Assembly: GCA_964631855.1 (NCBI GenBank)
Contig: CAZWAM010000002.1
Location: 50,603 to 100,289, forward strand
Direction: 5' to 3'
Length of the DNA: 49,687 bases
From: an uncultured bacterium
GTDB lineage: Bacteria; RBG-13-66-14; B26-G2; WVWN01
The position numbers were made by a program, and so were the translations under genes. The stretch's first letter is position 1; each line of letters begins with the position of its first letter. The notes beneath the pieces were generated by a model. That model saw only the letters and a list, made by a program, of their open reading frames with translations. It had not been told where the DNA came from and ran no database searches. This document shows positions 1 through 8,112 of the stretch, in pieces.

Positions 1-114
1 GAGGGTTGCTACGCGTACGACGTCTTCACCCTCGGCGGCGACGACGTCTGGCTCGGCGGCTCCCACCGCAAAATGTATAAATACGCCCCCGAAACGATGA
101 AGGCCGCGCGGTAG
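1..114 (+). CDS. 3' end of an upstream gene (hypothetical protein, last 37 codons; 5' part lies outside the window)
   Basis: Frame 1 is open from base 1 to TAG at 112-114. Third positions are G/C-biased like the confident genes. A hairpin terminator follows. Confidence 0.4.
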   Translation, partial: EGCYAYDVFTLGGDDVWLGGSHRKMYKYAPETMKAAR

Positions 115-149
115 GACTTAGCCCATCGGCTCCCCCGGAAGCGCCTTCG

Positions 150-175
150 CGCGCCCGAACGTTGGGCGCGTTTTA
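150..175 (+). terminator. Rho-independent terminator candidate
   Basis: 7-bp GC stem (cgcgccc / gggcgcg) with a 7-nt loop, followed by TTTT at 171-174. Confidence 0.5.
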
Positions 176-245
176 ACTAAGCAAGAATAGCTTAGCCGGG
201 AAAACTCACCCCAGGCTCGAAGCAAAAAACCAACGTCCTAAGCCG

Positions 246-275
246 TTGACTTGAAATCGGCAAATCTGTTAAAAT
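246..275 (+). promoter_or_regulatory. Sigma70-like promoter upstream of thrS
   Basis: TTGACT at 246-251, a 17-18 nt spacer, then TTAAAA/TAAAAT at 269-275. It lies about 25 nt upstream of the thrS start. Confidence 0.45.
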
Positions 276-299
276 AGGACAAAAGAGGTCTTGCGTACG

Positions 300-2246
300 A
301 TGGCGGAGATAGAAGTAAACGTGGAAGGCTCGGGCCCGGTCCGCGTCGCCGCGGGGGCGAGGCTCCTCGACGTGGCCGCGGCCGCGAAGGTCGAGGACGC
401 GCTCGTCGCCCGGCGCGGCGACCTGCTCGTCGACCTCACGTCGCCCGCGCGGAAGGGCGAAACGGTCGCGTTCCTGAGTTACGAGGATGAGGAGGCGCGC
501 GAGGTGTTCCGCCACACGGCCTCTCACATCCTCGCCCACGCGCTGACGGACCTTTACCCGAGCGTAAAGCTCGCCATCGGCCCGGCGACCGCCGACGGCT
601 TCTACTACGACTTAGACCCCTCGGGGCCCCTGAGCGACGAGGACCTCCCCAGGCTCGAGGAACGGATGCGCGAGCTCGCCGCCGCGGACCTCGCCATAGA
701 ACGCGACGAGGTATCGAAGCGCGAGGCCCGGAAGCTGTTCGCCGGCAACCCTTACAAACTCGAGCTCATCGACGAGATACCGGATAAAAAGGTCGTCGTC
801 TATCGCCAGGGCGACTTCTTCGACCTTTGCCTCGGGCCCCACCTCCCCTCGACGGGGTACGTCAAAACGCTCAGACTCACCGCGGTGGCCGGCGCCTACT
901 GGCGCGGCGACGAGCGGAACGACATGCTGACGCGCGTTTACGGGACCGCCTACCGCAAACCCGAGGAGCTCGAGCTACACCTCGCGCGCATCGAGGAGGC
1001 CAAGCGCCGCGACCACCGGACGCTGGGGCGGGACCTCGCTCTGTTCTCCATCGCCGAGGAGCGCGGCCCGGGTCTGGTATATTGGCACCCGGGCGGCGCC
1101 TTCGTCCGCGACCGCGTAGAGATTTTCTGGAAAGAGGAACACATAAAGCGCGGCTACGATCTCGTCGCAACGCCCCACATCGCCCGCGCGCGCCTGTTCG
1201 AGACCTCGGGCCACTTCCATTACTTCCTCGACCATATGTACACCTTCGAGGTCGACGCCATACCCTACGTCCTCAAGCCGATGAACTGCCCGATGCACAT
1301 CGCGATATACAAATCGCGCCTTCACTCCTACCGGGAGCTGCCCATCCGCTACGCCGAGCTCGGTACCGTGTATCGCAAGGAACGGTCCGGCACCCTTCAC
1401 GGCCTGCTCCGCGTGCGCGGCTTCACCCAGGACGACGGCCACATATTCTGTACGCCCGAGCAGTTAGTGGACGAGTTGTGCGGGTGTGTGGACCTCGCCC
1501 GCTACCTGCTGCATACCTTCGGCTTCACCTCGTACGACGTCGAGCTGTCGGCGAGCGACCCCGAGCGGCCGCAGGATTACGCCGGCACCGCGGAAGAATG
1601 GTCCCGCGCCGAAGAGGCTCTGTCCGAAACCCTTACGCGCCTCGAGCTCCCCTATACGCGTATGGAGGGCGAGGCCATCTTCTACGGCCCGAAGATAGAC
1701 TTCCAGATTTACGACGCGCTGGGCCGAAAGTGGCAAGGCCCAACGATACAATTCGACTTCAACCTGCCGCATCGCTTCGGCGTCAAATACGTCGGCGCGG
1801 ACGGCGCGGAACATCAGTGCTACATGATCCACCGCGCCATGCTCGGCTCGCTCGAGCGCTTCTTCGGCACGCTTCTCGAGCATTACGCCGGCGTCTTCCC
1901 GCCGTGGCTCGCGCCCGTCCAGCTACGCCTTATACCCGTAAATAAAGACGTCGTACCCTACGCCGTCGAGCTCGCCGGGAAACTGCGCGCCGCCGGCCTC
2001 CGCGCGGACGCGGACGAATCGGACGGCAAATTAGCGGCGAAGATACGTACGGGCGAGGTCGCCAAAATACCGTACCTGGGCGTGGTCGGCAAAAGGGAAC
2101 GGGAAGCGGGAACGGTCGCGCTCCGGCGCCACGGCGGCGAAGACCTGGGCCCGGTCCCGCTCGAGCGCTTAATTGCCGCATTCCAAAAAGCGGCGGCGGA
2201 CAAGGCCGCCCTCGTCGCCCTCGAAACCAGCGACGCGAAAAGCTAA
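300..2246 (+). CDS. thrS: Threonyl-tRNA synthetase
   Basis: Long ORF with an N-terminal TGS-like segment, an editing-domain HxxxH motif (HTASHILAHAL), class II core motifs (PMNCPMH, RVRGFTQDDGHIF, HRAMLGSLERFFG) and a C-terminal anticodon-binding region. ATG 300 is preferred over TTG 291 because AAGAGG at 283-288 is too close to 291. Confidence 0.95.
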   Translation: MAEIEVNVEGSGPVRVAAGARLLDVAAAAKVEDALVARRGDLLVDLTSPARKGETVAFLSYEDEEAREVFRHTASHILAHALTDLYPSVKLAIGPATADGFYYDLDPSGPLSDEDLPRLEERMRELAAADLAIERDEVSKREARKLFAGNPYKLELIDEIPDKKVVVYRQGDFFDLCLGPHLPSTGYVKTLRLTAVAGAYWRGDERNDMLTRVYGTAYRKPEELELHLARIEEAKRRDHRTLGRDLALFSIAEERGPGLVYWHPGGAFVRDRVEIFWKEEHIKRGYDLVATPHIARARLFETSGHFHYFLDHMYTFEVDAIPYVLKPMNCPMHIAIYKSRLHSYRELPIRYAELGTVYRKERSGTLHGLLRVRGFTQDDGHIFCTPEQLVDELCGCVDLARYLLHTFGFTSYDVELSASDPERPQDYAGTAEEWSRAEEALSETLTRLELPYTRMEGEAIFYGPKIDFQIYDALGRKWQGPTIQFDFNLPHRFGVKYVGADGAEHQCYMIHRAMLGSLERFFGTLLEHYAGVFPPWLAPVQLRLIPVNKDVVPYAVELAGKLRAAGLRADADESDGKLAAKIRTGEVAKIPYLGVVGKREREAGTVALRRHGGEDLGPVPLERLIAAFQKAAADKAALVALETSDAKS

Positions 2247-2249
2247 CGT

Positions 2250-5200
2250 ATGCCCCCGACGTGCCCCAATTGCGGCCGAACGGTAACGCCGGCCGCGGCG
2301 TTTTGCCCTTATTGCGGCGCCAAAACCGACGAGGCCGTAAATGAGGTCGCCGCGGTTGCCGCGGAGCTCGCCGGCCTCGACGCCCGAACGTCGCCCGCGC
2401 CCCCCGACGTATTGGGCGAGTTGACGGAGAAATTCCTTGCCCTTGCCGACGAAATCGCAAAAGAACACGGCGGCGCGGTCACGCGCGAAGACGCCTCGGC
2501 GGTGACGATTACGTTTCCCCGAAGCTTGGATCTCGCGGCCGCAAGCGCCGCTTCGTGCGCCGTCGCGCTCCGCGACGCGGCGCGCGACCTTATACCGACC
2601 GTTTTAAAAGACCTTGCCTCGAGCGCCTTCTTGAGCTTAGGCGTCGACGCCTTGACAAGCCGCGCGGCGTCTCCGGGCGACGCGCCCTCGCCGCGGAACC
2701 GGGCCAAACGCTTGCGAAACAAAGCGGGCAAATGGGCCATATTGGTAGGCGAAAACGTCTGTTCCTTAACGGCCAACGACTTCCAATACGCCACGGTCGG
2801 TTTCTACCAGGCGCGCAGCGGCGCGGCGGCGGTCAAAATATACCAGCTCGAGGAAGGCCGCCGACGTCCGGCTCGAGGGGCACCCCCCGGCAAAGAGCCG
2901 TACGCGCCTCAGGCCGAGCTCCAGGAGGCGATCGACGAATTCCTCGCCGGCGTCGTCTCGGAAAAACGGCGTCGCACGCTATTTATAAAAGGCGGCGGCG
3001 GGACCGGCAAGACAACTTTGCTGGAGGCGGCCCACCGCATCGCGCGCAAGAAAGGTTTTCGCGCGTACGCCGCCACGTGCTTTGCACGGCGCCGCTACGA
3101 GCCGTTCGCGGGGTGGGCCGTCATATGGGGCAAACTATTCGCCGCGCTCGCGCCGGAAGCTGAGCCGGACCAAGCGCCGCTCCAGGCGTTAAAAAAACTG
3201 GGCCCACGCTTCGAGATATGGGCGCCGCTCTTCGCACGGGTTCTCGGCCTGCGGGCCGACCTCAACCCGTACATCGCCGACGTGACGCCCGCGTTTCGCC
3301 ACCGCCGCGTCGTAGAAATAGCCACGCGTATAATCGCCGACGCCGCGAGGGAACAACCGACGGCGCTCCTCATCGACGACCTACACTCGGCCGACCCCTC
3401 GACGCGGGCGCTGCTCACCTCGCTCCTCGCCCGCGAGGCCGAAGCCTCCCTCGCCGTGATATTTACCGCGGACCCCGCAGACGATTCCTTGGCCCGGGCA
3501 TCCGACGTCGTGCTCGCTACGCGCCCGTTAACGGAAGAGGAGGTAACAGTCCCCGACCAAACGCCGGGCACACACCAAGAAGACGAGCGACGGGCGGTTC
3601 TATTTTCCTTAAGTAAAGGTCGGCCGGACCTTTTAAAACAACTTTGGCTCTTGTCGCTCGCGAGGCCGGAGGTAAAGCTCGCGGCGTTGGGGAGCGAGGG
3701 CCCCCCCGACCTGGCCGCGGTCGTCGGGCGGCGCCTGCGGGACTTCGCTAAGCCGTGGCAACGAGCCACGGCAATCCTGGCTGCCCTCGGGCTCCCGCTC
3801 CGCGAAGACGATATATCCGCCTTAGCCGCGGATTGCCTCGGCGAAAAAAGCGCGGAAGCCGAAGCGTGGCCGGCCAGGCTAAAGGAGCTCGGGTTGCTAC
3901 GTACGCTGGGGGGCGAAGACGACGGCCCCTTATACGTACCGCCCCACCTCGCCAACGCCCTCCTGGCGGCCCTTGCGCCAACTCAGGAAGACCGCACCGC
4001 CGCGGCCTCAGCCGGGGCGAACCTCCTGGCGAGACGCCACCGCGCGGAACTATCGGCGCGCGCGACGCTCGAGCTGGAAGGGGGAAATATTACCGCGGCC
4101 TACCGTTTGACGCAGGAGAACGTAACGCGGGCGCGCTGGCTCGGTTCGCCGCACGAGGCGGTAGACCAGCTAACGATCTTGGCCCACGAACTCAAAAAAG
4201 ACGAGTCTAAAGCGGAGGAGAACCGCGCACGCTTACCCAAACTTTATTATGCCCGGGCCGAAGCTTTTCGCGAAGCGGGGTTGGTCGCCGCCGCCTTGAG
4301 CGACTTGGAAAACGTCGACGCCGACGACGAAAATCTCGCGGCGCAGCGGCTATACGCTCAAGGACGTGCCTACTTGCTTAGGGATTACTACGACGAGGCC
4401 GAGCACGCTTTTCTCGAAGCCTTACAAAACGCCGTCCGCGCCGACAACGACGCCCTGGTTGCCGATATCGAGATATCGATCGCCGAACTCTTCCGCCGGC
4501 GCGGCGACGTACCCAAAGCCATATACCAACTCGGAAAATTGCTCAAAGCGAACCGGGCGCCGTCGCCCGCGGCGTACCGTTTACTCGCCGAACTGAAATA
4601 CCGGGCCGGCCACGTAGCCGCCGCGGCTCGAGCCGCGAAAAAAAGCACGTCCCTCACGGACCCCGCCAAAAAGCCCGTCACCGCCGCGGAAACGGGGCTG
4701 ACATTTTCACCCATAATTTTCGAGCACGGCCCGATACCCGGCGCCCGCAACCTTCTGGCAACCAGTCGGCGCGTATTCGAGCTCTTGGGCGACGCCCGGA
4801 ACTTGTGCGAGACCCTCCTGGTCGAAGCCGGGATCGACCTCTTGACGCAAGACGTGGTAACGTCCGAAAATACCTATAAGGAAGCTATGCACTTGGCGGA
4901 AGCGGACGGTTTTAACGGGTGCGCGGTTCGCGCCGCGCTGGGCCTTAGCGCGGTCGCGCTTTACCGCGGCGACCTCGCCGGTTACCGCCGATTTCTCGTA
5001 AAGGCCAAAGAAATTTCGGCCGCGGAAGCCCACACCTTTGCCGCGGATATTAAACTGACCGAAGCGCGTAAAGCGTACTTCGCGGACGAGAACTACGACG
5101 ACGCGTACGTACTCGCGGACACGGCGGCCGTAGAATACCGGCGGGAAGACGGGGACCTATTATACGGCGAAGCCGCCCTCCTCGCGGCCCGGGCCGCGTT

Positions 5201-5594
5201 GGCCCGCGGCAAGCCGAGCATTTGCCGTAAGCTCCTCGGCCAAGCGGAACTCGAGCGCCGCGCCCACGAATCGAAGGTCTTCCTCGCGAGCTATAACGAA
5301 ACCGCGGGCTTGCTCTTGAGTATAGAAAACGACCGCGGCCGTGCCGCGACGTTCCTCCGCGCGGCCGCGGCTGCCGCGCGCGAACTGGGCCTGTGGCTAG
5401 TCGGCGGGGAATGTTACCTGGACATGGCAGCGATTACGCCGGACCGCGACGAGCGAGAGAAGTATCGGCGGCGGGGGCTGTGGCTCTTTAAAAACAAAGG
5501 CGCTACGCTCCTCGCGGAACGGGCCGAGAAGAAAATCGCCCACGTACGGGCCGGGGAAAGGGATAAAGCGGGAAGCGCCGGACCCTGGGTTTAA
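2250..5594 (+). CDS. Large multidomain STAND-like signalling NTPase: N-terminal zinc ribbon, divergent class III cyclase-homology region, P-loop NTPase, C-terminal TPR-like repeats
   Basis: CPNCG..(10)..CPYCG zinc ribbon. A segment LTEKFLALADEIAKEHGGAVTREDASAVTITFP ... RNRAKRLRNKAGKWAILVG resembles the nucleotidyl cyclase fold. Walker A is FIKGGGGTGKTTLLEAA and Walker B is ALLIDDLHSAD. About 600 aa of Ala/Leu-rich helical repeats follow. The ATG lies 3 nt after the thrS stop. Confidence 0.8.
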   Translation: MPPTCPNCGRTVTPAAAFCPYCGAKTDEAVNEVAAVAAELAGLDARTSPAPPDVLGELTEKFLALADEIAKEHGGAVTREDASAVTITFPRSLDLAAASAASCAVALRDAARDLIPTVLKDLASSAFLSLGVDALTSRAASPGDAPSPRNRAKRLRNKAGKWAILVGENVCSLTANDFQYATVGFYQARSGAAAVKIYQLEEGRRRPARGAPPGKEPYAPQAELQEAIDEFLAGVVSEKRRRTLFIKGGGGTGKTTLLEAAHRIARKKGFRAYAATCFARRRYEPFAGWAVIWGKLFAALAPEAEPDQAPLQALKKLGPRFEIWAPLFARVLGLRADLNPYIADVTPAFRHRRVVEIATRIIADAAREQPTALLIDDLHSADPSTRALLTSLLAREAEASLAVIFTADPADDSLARASDVVLATRPLTEEEVTVPDQTPGTHQEDERRAVLFSLSKGRPDLLKQLWLLSLARPEVKLAALGSEGPPDLAAVVGRRLRDFAKPWQRATAILAALGLPLREDDISALAADCLGEKSAEAEAWPARLKELGLLRTLGGEDDGPLYVPPHLANALLAALAPTQEDRTAAASAGANLLARRHRAELSARATLELEGGNITAAYRLTQENVTRARWLGSPHEAVDQLTILAHELKKDESKAEENRARLPKLYYARAEAFREAGLVAAALSDLENVDADDENLAAQRLYAQGRAYLLRDYYDEAEHAFLEALQNAVRADNDALVADIEISIAELFRRRGDVPKAIYQLGKLLKANRAPSPAAYRLLAELKYRAGHVAAAARAAKKSTSLTDPAKKPVTAAETGLTFSPIIFEHGPIPGARNLLATSRRVFELLGDARNLCETLLVEAGIDLLTQDVVTSENTYKEAMHLAEADGFNGCAVRAALGLSAVALYRGDLAGYRRFLVKAKEISAAEAHTFAADIKLTEARKAYFADENYDDAYVLADTAAVEYRREDGDLLYGEAALLAARAALARGKPSICRKLLGQAELERRAHESKVFLASYNETAGLLLSIENDRGRAATFLRAAAAAARELGLWLVGGECYLDMAAITPDRDEREKYRRRGLWLFKNKGATLLAERAEKKIAHVRAGERDKAGSAGPWV

Positions 5595-5636
5595 AATCCG
5601 CCCGTCGGACCCGTACTTTTTCGCGCCAAAAAAATC

Positions 5637-5665
5637 TTGACTTGTCTCTAATTTTATATTTTAAT
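5637..5665 (+). promoter_or_regulatory. Sigma70-like promoter candidate in the AT-rich spacer upstream of mglB
   Basis: TTGACT at 5637-5642, a 17-nt spacer, then TTTAAT at 5660-5665. It sits in a 165-bp AT-rich gap. Confidence 0.4.
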
Positions 5666-5759
5666 GGAAAAAGTTAAGAAGTATTCTTTAAGTTAAAGCC
5701 AAGACGGCTTTTACTGAATACCTCGGCGGCCTGTCGCAATTTCGTGTGCCGTCCGCGGG

Positions 5760-6269
5760 GTGAGCCTTATGCCGGGCATGGAGTTAGTCCTCTTCGAGGA
5801 AGACTACACTAACATTAACGAAATATTGGCGACGCTCGTCCGCGAGACCAATTCTAAATTCGCATTACTTGTGGACCGGTCGGGCCAGCTCATCTCGAGC
5901 CAGGGAAATACCGAGAACATGGACTCGCTATCGTTCGCCTCGCTTTCCGCGGGCAATTACGCCGCGACGAGCGAGCTAGCCAAAATCCTTGGGCAAGAGG
6001 AGTTCTCGGTCCTCTTCCACCAGGGCACCAACGAATCGATACACCTCTCCGTCGTAGCCAAGCGGATCATCCTCGTGGTGGTCTTCGACAATAAGACGAC
6101 GTTGGGCCTGGTCCGCCTTCGCGTCAAGAAGGCGGTGGAGGAGCTTTCAGCGATATTCAACCGCATCTTCCAAAAGGTCGCGGAACGCGCCTTCGAAACG
6201 CCCTCGCCGTTGGGCGACACTTTCTCGAGCGTAGCCGAGAGTGAAATAGACAACCTCTTTAAAGATTAA
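5760..6269 (+). CDS. mglB: Roadblock/LC7-family protein MglB (GAP partner of MglA)
   Basis: Colinear resemblance to my recollection of Myxococcus xanthus MglB (LVDRSGQLISSQG, SLSFASLSAGN, VVFDNKTTLGLVRLRVKKAVEEL). The start is uncertain: GTG 5760, ATG 5769 or ATG 5778. Confidence 0.9.
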   Translation: MSLMPGMELVLFEEDYTNINEILATLVRETNSKFALLVDRSGQLISSQGNTENMDSLSFASLSAGNYAATSELAKILGQEEFSVLFHQGTNESIHLSVVAKRIILVVVFDNKTTLGLVRLRVKKAVEELSAIFNRIFQKVAERAFETPSPLGDTFSSVAESEIDNLFKD

Positions 6270-6299
6270 ACGTTCCCGCCCGCGGCCGGGGGTTTGGAT

Positions 6300-6893
6300 A
6301 TGTCGCTAATCAATTATTCGTCGCGCGAGATAAACTGCAAGATCGTTTACTACGGCTGCGGTCTTTGCGGCAAGACGACGAACCTCCTCTACATCCACGA
6401 GAAGCTTCCCCACGACATTAAGGGGAAGATGGTCTCGCTGGCTACGGATACGGACCGGACGCTCTTCTTCGACTTCCTCCCGCTCGAGTTGGGGACGGTC
6501 AACGGTTTCAAAACGCGCTTCCACCTATATACCGTACCCGGCCAGGTGCACTACGACGCCTCGCGGAAACTTATCCTCAAGGGCGTCGACGGCATCGTCT
6601 TCGTCGTGGACTCCCAACGCAATCGCTTCGACGAGAACATAGAGTCGTTCGAAAATATGAAAAAAAACTTGCAGCTACAAGGCTACCGCCTTGAGAATAT
6701 ACCTTATATAGTCCAGTATAACAAACGCGACTTACCGAACTGCTCCCCCGTAGAACAGCTCGAGGCCGCGCTCAACCGCGACCAGGTGCCGTGCTTCGAA
6801 TCGATCGCCACGACGGGCATAGGCGTCTTCGATTCTCTACGCGCCATCTCGAAACTCGTTATCGCGCACTTATCGCGGCAAACGGCGCGTTAA
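6300..6893 (+). CDS. mglA: Ras-like small GTPase MglA
   Basis: MSLINYSSREINCKIVYYGCGLCGKTTNL, TDRTLFFDFLP, YTVPGQVHYDASRKLILKGVDG and QYNKRDLPN are nearly identical to the M. xanthus MglA signature segments. ATG 6300 gives the canonical N-terminus; the track start at 6294 is a TTG two codons upstream. Confidence 0.95.
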   Translation: MSLINYSSREINCKIVYYGCGLCGKTTNLLYIHEKLPHDIKGKMVSLATDTDRTLFFDFLPLELGTVNGFKTRFHLYTVPGQVHYDASRKLILKGVDGIVFVVDSQRNRFDENIESFENMKKNLQLQGYRLENIPYIVQYNKRDLPNCSPVEQLEAALNRDQVPCFESIATTGIGVFDSLRAISKLVIAHLSRQTAR

Positions 6894-6973
6894 CTACAAG
6901 ACGGGGCTAGCACCGGCGGCTGGCGGCCGCAGCGGGAGCGCTGTCGCAAGCCGCCGTTTCTCGAGCACACGTT

Positions 6974-8041
6974 ATGGGCTTAGACGGCAACTTAGAAGAC
7001 TTCCCCCTCGCGGACGTCCTCCAGCTCATAAATATGGGCTCGCGGACCGGCCTCCTCGCCATCGCGAGAAACGGCCAAACGGCGCAAATTTGGTTCGAGC
7101 GCGGCCAGGCCGTACACGCCAAGGTGGGCGACATGGAGGGCGAAAAGGCCGTCTACGAAACCTTCAACTGGCGGGAGGGCCGGTTCACCTTCGACACCGA
7201 CGCGGTCACGGACCTGAGGACGATCGACCTCGACTGCCAGAACCTCATTATGGAGGCGGTCCGCCGGCTTGACGAGTGGACCAAACTCCGTAAGGCCATC
7301 CCGACTTCCGGTTACGTCGTGACGTTCGCCGCGGGCCCGGGGGAAAAGGCCGGCAATATCACGCTTCAAGCTCAGGAGTGGAAAGTCTTGTCGTTAGTGA
7401 ACGGTGAGCTCAGCGTCTTGGCCCTCGCGAAGAAAACGAACTTTTCGGAACTCAAAACTACGCAGATTGTTTTCAACCTCATCGAAGCCGGCCTGTTGGA
7501 AGTTCGTTCCCCGGACGAAAAGCCGGAGCCGCCGTCGCCGGAAGAAAAAGCCGAAGCCAAGACGCTAAGGGAATTCCTCAAGGGCGTAGGGTCTTTGGCG
7601 GAACAAAGGGTCGCCGGAGCGGCGCCCCCGGCTGCCAAGACGAACGTCGGCGTGTTGGCGCTCTTCATTAACGCCCTCCTCGATAATTTCGACCAGCCCA
7701 ACGCCCTTTACAACGCGATAAAGCAAGATAAGACGTTGGGGGAGCGCGTCGTGGAGCAGGCCGAACGTTACCCCCAAGTTGAAATTATAGAATTTGTGGA
7801 GGACCGCGTCGACGTAGAGCGGCTGGACAAGGAAATCGAATCCCTCGACAACCTCGGCAAGAAGAACCTAATCGTCGCCCTCGCCGAAGTCAAAGAACAG
7901 ATCTACGCCAACGCCGAGAAGCAATCGAACAAGATCGCCGCGTCGCGCCGCTACAATAGAGTCCTGGAACTGGTTTTCGGGCCCGAAGGCGCCCCCCAAG
8001 ACATCGGCCTCGGCAGCATACTCGAAACGAAAACGCCCTAA
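6974..8041 (+). CDS. DUF4388 (PATAN-like) domain protein
   Basis: The N-terminus GNLEDFPLADVLQLINMGSRTGLLAI...WFERGQAVHA...GEKAVYETFNWREGRFTF is the typical DUF4388 signature. The C-terminal half is uncharacterised. Confidence 0.75.
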   Translation: MGLDGNLEDFPLADVLQLINMGSRTGLLAIARNGQTAQIWFERGQAVHAKVGDMEGEKAVYETFNWREGRFTFDTDAVTDLRTIDLDCQNLIMEAVRRLDEWTKLRKAIPTSGYVVTFAAGPGEKAGNITLQAQEWKVLSLVNGELSVLALAKKTNFSELKTTQIVFNLIEAGLLEVRSPDEKPEPPSPEEKAEAKTLREFLKGVGSLAEQRVAGAAPPAAKTNVGVLALFINALLDNFDQPNALYNAIKQDKTLGERVVEQAERYPQVEIIEFVEDRVDVERLDKEIESLDNLGKKNLIVALAEVKEQIYANAEKQSNKIAASRRYNRVLELVFGPEGAPQDIGLGSILETKTP

Positions 8042-8073
8042 GCACGTGCCGACCCGCTAAATCCAAAACGTAA

Positions 8074-8093
8074 CGCCCGTGAGGGCGATTTTT
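8074..8093 (+). terminator. Rho-independent terminator
   Basis: cgccc-GTGA-gggcg hairpin (GNRA tetraloop) followed by aTTTTT. Confidence 0.6.
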
Positions 8094-8112
8094 AATACCG
8101 AAATCAATTATT

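Noticed and set aside
115-299. Possible T-box or other leader upstream of thrS
   Set aside because: After the terminator and promoter only about 25 nt remain before the start. There is no specifier-loop or T-box-like sequence and no room for a leader.
827-1945. 372-aa plus-strand ORF (Arg/Pro-rich) and several minus-strand ORFs inside thrS
   Set aside because: They are out of frame or antisense within a confidently identified gene. The extreme Arg/Pro/Ala composition is typical of wrong-frame ORFs in high-GC DNA.
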